DNA from: Podarcis bocagei
Taxonomy: Eukaryota
Assembly: GCA_964188305.1 (NCBI GenBank)
Contig: OZ076889.1
Strand: one strand, 5' to 3'
DNA length: 64,000 bases
Below are positions 37,511-50,836 of this stretch, one piece after another; position 1 is the first letter of the stretch, and every line of letters starts with the position of its first letter. The position numbers and the translations under genes are program-made. The notes below the pieces were generated by a model. That model was given only the letters and a program-made list of their open reading frames with translations. It was not told the origin of the DNA and searched no databases.

Positions 37511-38195
37511 CTGAAAATAAATAAGCTGTTAACATTAAAGTTTGAAGGTTGCAGGCAAGTTATATGGAAAAAATAATTCTACCAGAAACCGCAGAGGAAT
37601 AACCTCTTATAATAACCACTTCAATAAGATCATGTCCCTGCCTGTTAATTAATGAAAGCAATAAGAATTGGTTTTGTTTCTTCTTTGGAAGTGTTTATAT
37701 TTGTGATAAAGGAGCCCCATAAGTAATTCATGTAAGCAGTTTTCTGTTTTTCTTATTAGCATTAGCTGTTTGACATAATCATCCTTTCCCCAGGATTGTG
37801 GTGTTCTTGTTCCTTGCAAATATTTATCAGCTGAAAACTGCTGACAGAATAGTGGCAGAGGACTCTTGTCAGCAGGTTCTTTAAATGGACACTAGGAAGA
37901 TGAAAATCATATGAAAAGTCATTCCTTGTCTGGCAGTTACTTGTAATGCCCTGTCTTATGAATATTTTAAATCACTTGATGAACATTAGAGCCAAGAATG
38001 CAGAATTGTGTATGTGAAAAAGGAAAAAGGAACGAAAAGAGGATTCTCATTAGTATGTCTAATTTGTGTGCATAAAAACCCAATTGCCCATTTGTGCCCA
38101 TTTGTTGTGTTTGAATATGTAGAATGAAGTTGAAAAATGATGCTGAGCTTAAACCAAAGCTCTATATGTTCACAGAGTGAGAAAACTCAGTGATT

Positions 38196-38198
<3 letters not shown>

Positions 38199-38233
<35 letters not shown>
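38199..38233. repeat. (TG)n microsatellite
   Basis: Direct reading. Confidence 0.95.
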
Positions 38234-38235
<2 letters not shown>

Positions 38236-38357
38236 CTTTCACTCTGACCTTTCCCAATATGTGGCCTAATTGTCTCAGGATGTAGAGTGACGACTTTTAC
38301 ACTCCCAGTGGCCACAATAACCACATGTGCTTGCCTGTCCATTTTCATATAAGCTGC

Positions 38358-39243
38358 TGTCAGAGCTGTCAGGCAGGCAGGATCACCCACAGGTCAGAAT
38401 GAAGACTCAAGACTCAACAGGAAGTCAGCTTTTTTATTCAGAAAAAGAAAGCAGAGTTCACCTTCACCTAGGCTCAACTACCCTAGTTGACAGGGCTGTC
38501 TTAAGCGTATGCGGCACTGGGGTACAAAGATATTCCTGGTGCCCCCCCAATTGCCCAGTCCCAGGAGCGTGGAGATGGCCAGCCACCTCAGCGTCTCACT
38601 GGCTCCGTCCCGAACTCGTGGTGCAGAAGAGCCCGCTACAGTTCTCTGACCGATGGGTGGGCTCTTCCCCGGACTCAACTCTTGGGCCCTGGACTCTCTG
38701 CCTGGTGCCCCTGAGAGCCTGGCACCCGGGTGCCCCACACCCCTAGTGCCTATGGGTAAGGCGGCCCTGCTAGTTGAAGATGTTGCTGGGACTGGGGTCT
38801 GGTCCCTGCTTCTTTCTCTAGCCCTCTGCCTCTGGAATCCTCCCAAGCAGACGTAAACTATGGTGAGGAAGAGGGACCCTCCTTCTGGGCATGTCTGGCC
38901 CATTGCTCAGCAACGTACAAGGCTCTTTGCAATGATGATGTCAGTGGATGAGGAGAATCCACTTTAGAAGGACTTGCCCACTGCTGTGAAATTGAGGCAA
39001 CGTCTGGCTCCTCTTGGTCAGAGTCTGCACTCCAACTGAGATCCTCGGCACCCCGTCCTGTCCTGGAATGGTGTTCTTCTTCTGACTCCCCATGCTCACT
39101 CCCACCTTGCCCCCTCCTGTGCCCCCTTCCCTGTGTCCCACCACCACTGCCCTGGTTCTAAGTCTTCTTCCTTTGTGTCATCCCTGGGGGGTTCTTGGGC
39201 TGGCACCTCCCACCGCTCTTCATCATCCAGCCGGTCCCCAACA
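38358..39243 (-). mobile_element. Probable old solo LTR (Gypsy-like) interrupted by a hAT MITE
   Basis: TGTCAG...CCAACA termini, degenerate 5-bp TSD GCTGC/GTTAC, AATAAA on the minus strand at ~38433-38438. Confidence 0.5.
38491..38769. mobile_element. hAT MITE (CAGGGCCGTCTTA family)
   Basis: TIR CAGGGCTGTCTTA / TAAGGCGGCCCTG, perfect TSD CTAGTTGA. Inverted relative of 48248-48556. Confidence 0.9.
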
Positions 39244-39830
39244 GTTACATATAAATCAGACCCTTGATTTTTTTTTAAATGTTGCAAGCAATGTATTACT
39301 CTTTGCTCCCTAAATAAATTGAGAAATCTTCCTGTCATGTAGCCCTGTTACCATTCTTAATCGTTCTTTTATAATTAATCCTCAGAATAGTTAATAATGT
39401 AGATTCCATTCCTAGCTTTGAAATAATATCTAGTTCGGTGAATGTATGATGGATGCTTTTAATAAAGTCAGTAATTATCTTTTATTGTTGATGGGTGCTG
39501 GTTTATTTTTAATTGTTCTTTTTGTTCTTTTGTGGTTAGAGAGCACTAGAGTGTTGGGTTTGACAAAGGATTGAGCTATTTTTAAATCTTTATATAATGC
39601 GGCTACAATGAGGTTAACAACAGACTAATATAGATGGGAGGGGGGACATACAAAAAAAAATCAGTGTTTTTGAATGGTACCTAATCCAAAATGTATTTAA
39701 ATAGATCCAAGATGAATTATAACTATGTAAATTGCCTCTTGTGGTCATGATCTTAAAGGATTCATTTGCTAAAGGATGCTCTTCCCATGCCAATTGCATG
39801 TGCCCCAGGCCTAATCTACACCATCTAGAT

Positions 39831-39966
39831 CAGGCATAGGCAAACTCGGCCCTCTGGATGTTTTGAGACTACAACTTCCATCACCCCTAGCTAACAGGAC
39901 CAGTGGTCAGGGATGATGGGAATTTTAGTCTCAAAACATCTGAAGGGCCGAGTTTGCCTATGCCTG
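39831..39966. mobile_element. hAT-Charlie (URR1-like) palindromic MITE; an older relative lies at ~40042-40177
   Basis: Long TIR CAGGCATAGGCAAACTCGGCCCT, TSD ATCTAGAT/ATGCAGAT. Confidence 0.9.
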
Positions 39967-41477
39967 ATGCAGATCATACCATGCAGGAAGCAGAGGTGTG
40001 AATAAAACTGCCCGCGCCAGTGGCAGCTTCATGGTTTACCATCAGCCTTCTCCAACCTGGTCTCCTGCAGGTGTTATGGACTCCAATTCCCATCAGTTAC
40101 AGCCAGCATGGAAAATGGTCAAGGATGATGGGAATTGTAGTCCAAAACATCTGGAGTGTTAACAGGTTTGGGAAGATAATAGCTCACACAAATGAGATTA
40201 ACCACATATAATGAACAAAATAACCAACATTGCCAGTTAGTTTGGCCTAGAGGAGAAATGATTTCCTGGCCTCAAATGTGACAGTTGTGAATTATGAAGA
40301 ACGTAACGTCCTCACAGCTACATAAAAAGCCCTTCCAATGAATGGAAGGGAAATATTAGTATTTAAATACCTTTGTGAAGGAGGGTCAAAATAAATATAA
40401 GCTTTGAATCCCCATGCCTTGCAACTGAAAGACTAATTTTCTGCCTGATAGAACTCTGTCACATACTTCTAGACTAAAGCAGTAGAAGATAATATTCTTT
40501 GTTTATTTTGTGTTTCTTATACTATCTGTAAAATATGGCATCAGTTGTGTATATAAAATTGTAGCTTATACATTGCTCAAACAAGCAACATTCATAACCC
40601 TTCTCCTTGCATTTATGGTCAACAAAACGTTTCATACCCACGTTTCAAAGAGAAGGAAAACTGACTGAAATGAATACAAGGGATGTGAACCATGGAATTT
40701 TTTTTAAAAAAACTGATTGCTCTTTTTTCTACTGCAAGATTCTAATTCTGTGTGACCATATAATTTGGAGAATATTTTTGTTTGCTTTTTTTGAAGTATG
40801 ATTCCTTTTCAATTCAAACCACTTAAAATGTATAGTGTAGCTGTAGCTTTCAAAACAGAAAAAAGAGCTCTGGTCTTAAGTCTCTTGTCTATTTGATTCC
40901 TCCAGTGGTTTGAGTATCTTAAAAATCAGTTCTGCTCTGCTTTCATTACCAGGAGTTCTGTAGTTCCTGAATTTGATAGAATATGTTATACCACCTCAGC
41001 TTGCTTATTACAACATGGTAATGAGTTATTTTTCCTCAAGAACAGCCTGAGAACAAGCAAGAGAGGAGAATATATTTTCAGTCCTTTATTTTTAAATCAA
41101 TTGGCCGTCAATATATTAAAGTGTGAAATGTGTCTAGTCAGGTTCTGATCTTTGGAATGAAGGGCTTCCTTACCCAGTGCAGTATGGAGGCTTTATGCTA
41201 GGGATAGAAAACACTGCATGTCAGTAGTTACATAATTTAATGAAGTGCTGAAGCCACTACCACATTCATGCCTGTTTTTTGGAGGAAGACAATGGGCCAG
41301 TAAGTCTTGTGCAGCAATAACATCGAAAAAAGAAAAGCTGAAGAGCTGAAGCAGAACAACAGATAAAAATCCAAATAATAGGCAGGTGAAAGCTCAAGAA
41401 TATTACAAGATCAAGCCACGATTAAAATGACCTCACAGAGCAGACTCAGTAATAAGTAGTAAGTAAGAAAATAAGTA

Positions 41478-41824
41478 GGGACACGGGTGGTGCTGTGGTC
41501 TAAACCACTGAGCCTCTTGGCGACGGGGTGAGCTCCTGTTGCTCGGTCCAGCTCCTGCCAACCTAGCAGTTTGAAAGCGCATCAAAGTGCAAGTAGATAA
41601 ATAGGTACCACTCTGGCGGGAAGGTAAACAGCATTTCCGTGTGCTGCTCTGGTTTCTGTGTTCTGTTGCGCCAGAAGCGGCTTAGTCATGCTGGCCACAT
41701 GACCCAGAAAAACTTTCTGTGGACAAACGCAGGCTCCTTCAGCCTTTAAAGCAAGATGAGTGCCGCAACCCCAGAGTCAGCTGTGATTGGACTTAACTGT
41801 CAGGAGTCCTTTACCTTTACCTTT
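41478..41824 (-). mobile_element. Sauria SINE
   Basis: Family motifs, TSD AA(G/T)AAAATAAGTA (41465-41477, 41825-41837). Confidence 0.92.
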
Positions 41825-42182
41825 AATAAAATAAGTACAAAACATACACCGGAAGAGAGTGGCATAGTTTATTGCAGTCATAGTGAACAATGGCAGCAAA
41901 CCTGGACTGAATTTAGAATGACATTTAGAGTGTCATGAACTAATGGCAAAAGTGTGGGTGGGGTGGGGTGGGAAGAAAAGTGTGTGGCTATGGGAGGAGG
42001 GCATGGGCATATATACCTGGTTGCACCAAGACCTGCTAGGAACAATAAGTATAACAATGGCTGATATTTGCCAAAAGATGGAGACAGTGCTGGGTAACAG
42101 TGAGTTCTCTTGTGTGTTTTCAGACACGGAGTATCGGCCATTGTTATGCTTCTTGGCCCCAGCTGGTTTTTGTGCAACCTTA

Positions 42183-42314
42183 AAGGTAAAGGTAAAGGGA
42201 CCCCTGACCATTAGATCCAGTCGTGACCGACTCTGGGATTGCAGCACTCATCTCGCTTTACTGGCCAAGGGAGCTGGCGTACAGCTTCCGGGTCACAGTG
42301 CCACCTGCGTCCCC
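42183..42314 (+). mobile_element. Sauria SINE with a large internal deletion
   Basis: Both ends present, 13-bp TSD TTGTGCAACCTTA (42170-42182, 42315-42327). Confidence 0.9.
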
Positions 42315-42527
42315 TTGTGCAACCTTACATGGAACCAAAAAGCCTGCATTTATATGTCTGCTATCTCTCCTGCCGCTGCATATTAAGATGGACCAGATGG
42401 TTTCAACAACAGCCAAAACCCCTTTTCTTTCTTCTCCCTGCATTGCACTGCTTACCACCTAGCTTGTTTAAGAGTACCAGAGAATTTGAAAATTTGCACA
42501 CTGTTTTGTGATGCTTTGGTTGGCCTA

Positions 42528-42772
42528 AGTGTGGTGTAGTGGTTAAGAGCGGTAGTCTCGTAATCTGGGGAACCGGGTTCGCGTCTCCGCTCCTCCACAT
42601 GCAGCTGCTGGGTGACCTTGGGCCAGTCTCACTTCTCTGAAGTCTCTCAGCCCCACTCACCTCACAGAGTGTTTGTTGTGGGGGAGGAAGGGAAAGGAGA
42701 ATGTTAGCCGCTTTGAGACTCCTGAAGGGGAGTGAAAGGCGGGATATCAAATCCAAACTCTTCTTCTTCTTC
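42528..42772 (+). mobile_element. tRNA-derived SINE with (TTC)n tail (Squam3-like)
   Basis: A-box TGGTGTAGTGG, B-box GGGTTCGCGTCT, GTGACCTTGGGCCAGTC, L2-like 3' end GCCGCTTTGAG..GGCGGGATAT, (TTC)n. Confidence 0.85.
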
Positions 42773-43791
42773 TAATTAAGGTATTGCCCTGTTGTGGATT
42801 TAGAGATTCTTATGGAGTAACATGACTGGCTATCTTTACTTTCTGTGTGACGCTGAAGCACTTTTTGGTTAGCTGAAGCCAATTACCCCTTCTTATGCCT
42901 TAATTGGATCTCTCTCCTGCTATAATATTGTCTTCTGTTTGAAGGCCCCGATTTCCCCTTACACTGATGACCTCATTATCATCTCAAGAAAAAAGTTGAC
43001 TATTGTGAATCTGCTACAATTAGAAGTATCCCACTTTCTGTTATTCCTTTTTCTTAACATTCCTTTTTGACGGATGAAGATGATTTTCTTTCTTGTTTCT
43101 TTCCTGTTCTGAGATTTTTTGGTTTGTAGCAAGCTGTGGAATTGGGAATTTTGATTTAGGCTCTTGTTAATAACAGCTATCCGCTTTGTCTCCTACTGCC
43201 AGGCAAGCAGAGGGGGAGGGAAGGCAGAGCTCGTATCAAAGCGTAGCACTCTGAATGAGAGGCTTCAGCTGAGCAATGGAGCTAAATGGAGACAATCAGC
43301 CACTGCCCTTTAGGTTAACTACCTGCTGCAGGAGTCTAATTGCAAGAAATTGTTCCTGTCACTAATGAAACAGCACTACTGAGTAGAAGATGTCCATATT
43401 GCTCTGAGCCCCCCAAAGCCCATCTTTTGTGACCCTGTCGATGGCACGCAGCACAGTTTATTAATGGTGTAGATGCCTACTGATTAAATTCTGTTTCCTT
43501 CCAGTAAGATACACAGGGACGATTCGGAAGGAAAAGAAATGAGCGTGACATATGGAATAGCTTTTAAAGAGAACTCTTCTCCACCTTTGATCTCTCAGAT
43601 CAATATATAATACTGCGAAGAAAAAAAAGAGATGAATGCACCTCACATACTGATGCTTGCCCCCACTCCATGCCTAAGAAACTGAGCAGGGGACATAGAA
43701 TGCCTTGACTTGGGTAAATTCTACTGGGTATCATTAGATGTGCAGTTGGCAGTAACGTATGTGTTTCAGATTGATCCAGCTTAATAGTGAT

Positions 43792-43865
43792 TAGATAGAT
43801 AGATAGATGATAGATAGATAGATATAGAGATAGAGATAGAGATAGAGAGAGATAGATAGATAGAT
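43792..43865. repeat. (GATA)n/(GA)n compound microsatellite
   Basis: Direct reading. Confidence 0.93.
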
Positions 43866-44015
43866 GGATGCTGTGCATTAAGCCACTATATTATTTATTT
43901 ATTTTTCATACTGCCCTTCATTCAAAGACCTCAGGGTGGTTTACAATATAAAAACACAAAAATACATACCATAGTATCAAACAAAAACAGTGCCCCCACA
44001 GTTTAAAAGACAATA

Positions 44016-44257
44016 CAGTGGTACCTCGGGTTAAGAACTTAATTCATTCTGGAGGTCCGTTCTTAACCTGAAACTGTTCTTAACCTGAGGTAACACTTTA
44101 GCTAATGCGGCCTCCCGCTGCCGCCGTGCCGCCAGAGCATGATTTCGGTTCTCATCCTGAAGCAAAGTTCTTAACCTGAGGTACTATTTTTGGGTTAGTG
44201 GAGTCTGTATTCTGAAGCGTCTGTAACCTGAAGCATCTGTAACCCAAGGTACCACTG
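44016..44257. mobile_element. Tigger/pogo-like MITE
   Basis: TIR CAGTGGTACCTCGGGTTA / TAACCCAAGGTACCACTG, TA TSD. Confidence 0.9.
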
Positions 44258-44359
44258 TAGATGATTGCATTAGCCAAAGGCCTGGGAGAAGAGGAATGTT
44301 TTCGCCTGGCACCTAAAGATACTTAATGAGGGCACCAGACGAGTTTCCCTGGGGAGAGG

Positions 44360-44573
44360 GAACCAGGCAGAGGGCCTTCTCAGTAGTGGCGCCCGCCCTG
44401 TGGAATGCCCTCCCATCAGATGTCAAGGATATAAATAACTGACTTTTAGAAGACATCTGAAGGCAACCCTGTATTGGGAAATTTTTAATGTTGAATGTGT
44501 TACAATTTTTTATGTGCTGCCCAGAGTGGCTGGGGAAACCCAGCCAGATGGGTGGAGTATAAATAATAATAAA

Positions 44574-44620
<47 letters not shown>
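44360..44620 (+). mobile_element. Younger L2 3' fragment with (TTA)n tail
   Basis: Reverse complement of 27585-27805, (TTA)n at 44578-44620. Confidence 0.9.
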
Positions 44621-44621
<1 letters not shown>

Positions 44622-45978
44622 GCAACAGGGGAGCGACCACAGAAAAGTCACATTCTCATGTGGCTGCCCTCCAGATCTCTCGCAGAGCCGTCACACAAAG
44701 AAGGGCCTCAGATAATGATCCCAGTGTCTGGGTTCAAATAATGATAGATGTTCATGTGGGGTGGTTTTCTGCAGAATAGTTTTGAAGCAACCATCAGTAT
44801 AAATGGCTGCTGGTCATATGAACACACTTTCTGAAGCTAGGAGAAGGCCATCTGACGGCAGTAAATGCTGCTTATGGGACCTAGGAAGTATTATAGGCCT
44901 GTGTACGTGCAATGTTGCATAATCATTATGAGTAATTAATAACAGATAGCTAACGATTATGATTTATAAAGTGCTTGCACTGCACAGTAACAAAATTTAA
45001 GACAGGCACTGGTCACTAACAAAAGGAAAAAAGAAATCAGAGGAACCCACTAGGAAGGGAAATTAAATCACCAATGGGTAGCTCAAGGTTACTCAACCTA
45101 TATGACTGCCGGTGCTCTATAGTTTTGGTCTGCACAATAAACTGTGTTTTGCAAAGCTAAATGCAGCTTACCAGCCACAGTTTGTAACTTATGAGGTGCT
45201 TGGCAACCAACAACTACCAAAAACTAAAACACGCAGGTTTATTAACCCCATAGAGGGACATCTAATATTGCTAGTGGGCTGCACCTGCCTTGGAGAATCA
45301 CAGCTTGGGAAGACTTTGGCTGTGGAATTTATGTTGGTTGATTCCTGTTCTGGAGGACAAGGGTCACCACTGTTTGAACTGCTGCTTTTGGCTACAGGTG
45401 GGAATGACAGGTAGAAAAAGGTGCTTGAATCATGTGACACTTTTGTTGCTTCACTTGCTTGACGTACTCTGTCACTGTCTTTATTCTTCAGGAGGTTGCT
45501 CTTTTTGCAGAAATGTACACTTTTAATTGCCTGTTAGTTGGCTGCCGAAATATTTATTGTTCACATTTTGTAAGCCCCTGTTGGCTAGGCATCTGTGATA
45601 AATAAAAGGATGGTGTAGAAAGCAATTTTTAATGTCAACCAGGAGAAGAAGAAAATAGAGAGATTGATCTTAGTTCTCATCTTTGTCTCTCTCTTTTTTA
45701 TTTCTAGAAAAGTCATGCTAAGAATCCCTCTTTGATTAATTGCTTTACATGCTTATTCTGTTGTGCTTTGTGCAGTATTACAGGAACCATGGGGTTGGAA
45801 AAGCTATCAGTCTCTGCATGAGAAACCTGCACTCGTTTAACTGAAGCATGTGGATTAAAATATTGTTTAGTTACATTTGGGCAGATGCTCGAAATGACAC
45901 TTTTGAAGAAATAGCAACCTTTGCTTCAAACAAAACAGGATTCTTAATTCCATGAGCCTAGTCTGCACAAACCGGGTT

Positions 45979-46851
45979 CTGATTCAAGGACCACCACCCT
46001 CCCCCACCTGCTTGGGGATAAGAAAGACACAAGGACACAGTATATAAGGTTAATGGGCTAGAAAAGGCCACAACTTTATTGATTACAGCATGTGAGAGGT
46101 ATTGGCTTAGGCATTGGATAAACAGCAGAGCTTGACTCTACCCCCTCAGGGAGGGGTGAGTCTAACAAGGGTTAACTACCAGTAGGGGGAGCCTGTTGAT
46201 GCAAATACAACTGTAAGCTCTCCCCTGATGTCACCGAGGGTCATGCCATGGCCCCCAGCCACAGCAGGGCATTGGACAGGATCCACGACCGCCGGATTCC
46301 TTTAATGGAATACCCATAAAGTGAAGGGGTAGGTGATGGCCACACCCTGCCCTTCCATACACCAGCAACATATTCCAATGCCTAACTGTCACACACTCTC
46401 ACCTCAAAATCAGCCCCGCTTCAAAAGTAATGCTAACACTGGGGAAATGGCAAGGCACACACACTCTCTCAGTCAGAATCATCCACCCAAGGGCAAAAAA
46501 ACCCCACACAGCCACGCCACCAAACCTCACAGCCGGAGCTGGTCACAAGCACCCACTTTGCAAGCTGCTGTTGCCTCCTGGAGCTTCCTTCTGCCTGCAA
46601 AAGAGCGAGCGACGACGTCCTGTCCTCCAGTCTTGACCTGTTGAAACCCGGCAGCACAATGAGGGGAAAGAGCTGCCGCGGCCGCATTTGAACAGCTAAA
46701 CCCCGCCCCCGAGCTTCCCTACAATTGGAAGACTAACTGGGGAGCGTGGTGCGGCAGCAATGACGGCAAGCAGGGGCCGGAACGCCCCCTGTGAAGTGCG
46801 AGAACGGCTCCAGATCGCAACCCCTCCCCTCCGGGAGGAGGAGAGGCTTTG
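45979..46851 (-). mobile_element. Structured LTR-like unit, copy C (candidate DIRS/Ngaro-type terminal repeat)
   Basis: Minus strand starts CAAAGCC..GGGGTTGCG and ends CCAATGCCTAAGCCAATACC..CTGTAATCAATAAAGTTGTGGCC..CCCATTAACCT..TGTGTCC, like copy B. The left boundary is approximate. Confidence 0.72.
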
Positions 46852-47487
46852 TAAACAACTCAGGCTCAAAGTCCTAGAAGACTCGCACACAACCTTGTCC
46901 TTGACAGCCTTGGACATCCAGGTGAAGGGATACCTGGCTACCGCTGTCAGGACCAAATAGCTTTGAGTAGGTGGAGTGTACAGGCCCCAAAGTATACCAG
47001 TTCCAGATCTCACTTACCATAGTAGTTTTGATATTCAAGTCTAGAAAAGCACTCTTTCACAACTGAAGGGTGGCCATGCAATATATAAGCATTTTAAAAA
47101 ATGGGGGTTCCACAATTAAAAACTCGCCCTCTCTGGTTGTCAACCACCTGAATTTGGTGGTACCCGAGGAAAGCCTCATCTGCTGACCTAAGTTCCCAGA
47201 CAGGTGGATATGGGAACAGGTGTGTTTTTTTCAGGTACCAAAGTCTCAGGCAGGTAGGGTGGTCGTAATGCTTGTATTCTCCTTGTGATTTAAGCTGGGT
47301 GGCAGTACATTTCCACACTTGCCTCCTTGTGAATAGTCCAAGTGCCTATTCCCGTAGGCAGGCCTTATTTGGTTATCCTTTTTGAATACAGCTGCTGGAT
47401 ATTCTAGAGCAGAGATGGGGAACGTGGCTTTCCAGATATTGTTAAACAGTAGCTCCCATCAGCACCAGCCAGCTGGGCACTATAGTT

Positions 47488-47848
47488 TGTTAAGGGTGTT
47501 AAGAGTTGCTAGGACACCCCTCACAGCCACAATTCCCAACACCTCTAACAAAGGATGGTTCACAGGATTCTCTGGGAGAAGCCATGGCTGGTGAAGCGGT
47601 ATAAGAAGTGTGTTAAATGTGTGGTGTGTTTGCAGGTCGCGAGGTACATCGAGAGAGCTGCGAAATTGAGGGCCACCATCTGAGTGACAGACCTGTTCAC
47701 CCGACGGACCTCCTTTGCCTGTTCTTTTCTTCCTTTTATCCCTATTCTCACTTTTAACTCTTGTACAGCTGTGGCCTGTTGGCTTTGCTAATAAAGTTTT
47801 GAATTTGAATTTGTGGTGTGTTTGCTAATTTTTAAGTCAGTCTTAAAA
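47488..47848 (+). mobile_element. Possible old solo LTR
   Basis: TGTTAAG start, TATAAG at ~47600, AATAAA at ~47789, GT-rich downstream, CTTAAAA end. No clear TSD. Confidence 0.35.
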
Positions 47849-48247
47849 GCCTCTCTCTCTCTTGAAACACTTCCTCTTAAAAGCTGCTATCTTAGCATTG
47901 GTTATATTTTAGTATTGACAGTTCTGTTGGTTGGGTTGTAATTGATATTGATATTTGTAAACCATTCCAGCTGGCCTAGGTTTTTAAGATTGCTAGCATC
48001 ATTGTTGTTGTCATGTTTATTTTATATGGGTCATATTCAACTGTCCAGTTCTGGTAGCAAAAGAAAGTGCATGGGGCTTCTCCTCTCACACATTCCTTTC
48101 AACTCCACCAAATCTGCTCTGGAGAATTAGGAGAACCCTTAAAAGAGAGTGAAGGGAGAGGAAAGAGGAGTTCATTCTGGTTGGCAGGCAGAAAGGCTTC
48201 CACTGATGGAACAATCTCCTTAGTGCTATGTTGAATTTTACCCTATC

Positions 48248-48556
48248 CAGGGCCGTCTTACTCATAGGCACTAGGGGTGCGGGGCACCCAGGCGCTGGGC
48301 TTTCAGAAGTGCCAGGCCAAGAGTCCAGGGCCCAAGAGTTGAGTCCAGGGAAGAGCCCGCCTGTCGATTAGAGCGCCGCAGCAGGCTCTTCTGCTGCAGG
48401 CGGCTCTGCACTGTGAGTTGGGGGGCAACCGAGCCAGCAAGATGCTGAAGTGGCCTTCCAACTCTGCCCTCCTACGTGCCTGGGACTGGGCAACTGGGGG
48501 GGGGGGGCTGGGCGGATCTTTGCAGCCCAGCACCGCATATGCTTACGACAGCCCTG
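48248..48556. mobile_element. hAT MITE (CAGGGCCGTCTTA family)
   Basis: CAGGGCCGTCTTA / TACGACAGCCCTG termini, perfect TSD ACCCTATC. Confidence 0.9.
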
Positions 48557-50064
48557 ACCCTATCTGTACTGCTTTATAATGTTATGAGTTGTTCTGGCTT
48601 TGCCCAGAAGTGCAGCTCACAAGATACTTTAAAAATAAAAATAAATTAAACACTTCTTTAAAATAGCAGCACACCGGGCCTGTTTCCCCATCCATGCAAG
48701 ATAAAATTATTTTGCATATTTAGAATGTTGAGCCAAATTTGTATTTGTTAAAACAGGCTTCAAAATAAATGTGACTATATTGAAGCTTTTTTCCTTCAAA
48801 AAAAATGGTCATCTATTTCATAGATAGAAACAGCACACCAGCTGCTCAACAAATCTATTCCTTGTTCATGAGCAGAAGTAAAAACAATGTTTTGCTTGTT
48901 CTCTTCTGCAACAATTTTTAGATTTTCTTCTTCATGTCACATGTGGTTTTTAGGACAGATGTCTACAGGTTTCCTTAGTTTTTTGTGTGTTTTGTTATTA
49001 TTATTTTTTAAAAAAATAAAATATCTTTCTTATATATTTTGCTTCTACAAACTAATACAAGGAGAATATAGAATTAGCAGGCAATATAATTTTATAACAC
49101 CTTGAAATATTTTTTTATTTAACAAAATGTAAATACCACCTGATAGCAGTAACACCTCAAAGAGGTTTGGAAAAAGAAACTCTTTAAAATTATCAGTAAA
49201 AACAGTTAAAAGTAGGCATTTAAAAACATTCAAAACTCATTAAACTTATAGAAAAAGCTAAAGTCAGATTTAAACACATGTAACTTCTACATGTCTGGAT
49301 AGGTATGCTTTAACAAAAATGCTTTAAGTAGGTGCCAAAAAGAGTACAGTGATGGCACCAGCCTGATGTCAGTAGAAGAGTTATGAGAAAAAGAGGAATT
49401 ATGAGTGGAAATTATATATAATCTATCACTATGGTATGCATGTCCATATGTGCTCTCATGGTGAACAGTTGGTGAATACAGTATTTGAGTTTTACTGTAC
49501 ACAGTATCGAAATGCACACAGTAATATTGTATATTATTGCATTCATAATAATGTACCACCACTGACATCTGCAAGGGATGAAGGTAACAAGACCCTTCCT
49601 GTGATGATTTAAGCTGGTCACAAGCCAGCTCTCTCAGGAAGAACTGGGTGGCAAGAGTTGCCCTGACTTCCTAACCTAGATGTTGCCACTGGATATGATT
49701 TGGGGATGAAGAGTGCTTCTGGGAAGGGACTGCTCCTCTGAAGTGTAACACAGTGACAAACTACCATGAACACTGGCGTGTACTGGAATTTGCTTTCTCC
49801 TCTTCTCTCCCATTCCTTTTTCCTCATGTGCCAAGGATCTTTAGATTGTGAGCCTGAGGAACAGGTGCATCAAATTTTGTAAGCTGCTTTAAGAGCCTTT
49901 CAAGAACAACGCACACTTTAATGTTCAAAAAGTTAAGATATGCACAATGGGCTGTTGGGGTCATATGGTGAAAGCTTGCATGCTTTCTTTCTAATAGAAG
50001 ACAGAAACAACAGGTAATGCAGTTCAAAGCATGTTACAAATAAGCCGCTTATAATTAGAATTAG

Positions 50065-50766
50065 AAGAGGAGAGCACAAAATATGGTCTGAAGCTCAACA
50101 TCAAAAAAACTAAGATCATGGCCACTGGTCCCATCACCTCCTGGCAAATAGAAGGGGAAGAAATGGAGGCAGTGAGAGATTTTACTTTCTTGGGCTCCAT
50201 GATCACTGCAGATGGTGACAGCAGTCACGAAATTAAAAGACACCTGCTTCTTGGGAGAAAAGCAATCACAAACCTAGACAGCATCTTAAAAAGCAGAGAC
50301 ATCACATTGCTGACAAAGGTCTGCATAGCTCAAGCTATGGTTTTCCCAGTAGTGACGTATGGAAGTGAGAGCTGGACCATAAAGAAGGCTGATCGCCGAA
50401 GAATTGATGCTTTTGAATTATGGTGCTGGTGAATCTTGAGAGTCCCATGGACTGCAAGAAGATCAAACCTCTCCATTCTGAAGGAAATCAGCCCTGAGTG
50501 CTCACTGGAAGGACAGATCGTGAAGCTGAGGCTCCAATACTTTATCCGCCTCATGAGAAGAGAAGACTCCCTGGAAAAGACCCTGATGCTGGGAAAGATT
50601 GAGGGCACTAGGAGAAGGGGATGACAGAGGACGAGATGGTTGGACAGTGTTCTCGAAGCTACCAACATGAGTTTGACCAAACTGCGGGAGGCAGTGGAAG
50701 ATAGGAGTGCCTGGCGTGCTCTGGTCCATGGGGTCACGAAGAGTCGGACACGACTAAACGACAACA
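50065..50766 (+). mobile_element. RTE-BovB LINE 3' fragment
   Basis: ORFs 50118-50432 and 50436-50624 (DFTFLGSMITADGDSSHEIKR, YGSESWTIKKADRRRIDAFELWCW, EKTLMLGKIEG), end GGGGTCACGAAGAGTCGGACACGACTAAACGACAACA. Confidence 0.95.
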
Positions 50767-50770
50767 TATT

Positions 50771-50836
50771 TAGAGGGGGCAAGAGAGTGGGGCCCTAAGT
50801 TATAGCTTGTTTAGCTTATACGTAAATCCGACACTA
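50771..50836. mobile_element. Orphan right end of the 28250-28686 hAT MITE family
   Basis: GGGGCCCTAAG.TATAGCTTG.TTAGCTTATAC.TAAATC matches 28640-28686. Confidence 0.75.

Larger units (their letters stand above)
43890..44730 (-). mobile_element. Old L2 3' region hosting two younger insertions
   Basis: (TTTA)n tail at 43890, AAAGGCCTGGGAGAAGAGGAATGTTTTCGCCTGG, continuing after 44620 (GCGACCACAGAAAAG..GAAGGGCCTC). Confidence 0.65.

Noticed and set aside
42528-42610. tRNA-like sequence
   Set aside because: Head of a SINE continuing into an L2-like tail; no complete cloverleaf
44313-44741. Poly-I / poly-Y ORFs (and poly-N at 27422-27643)
   Set aside because: Translations of (TTA)n L2 tails
46480-46560. 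ENE in unit C
   Set aside because: Only one U tract (GGGG-T7-GCCC on the minus strand) with no opposing U tract or matching stems
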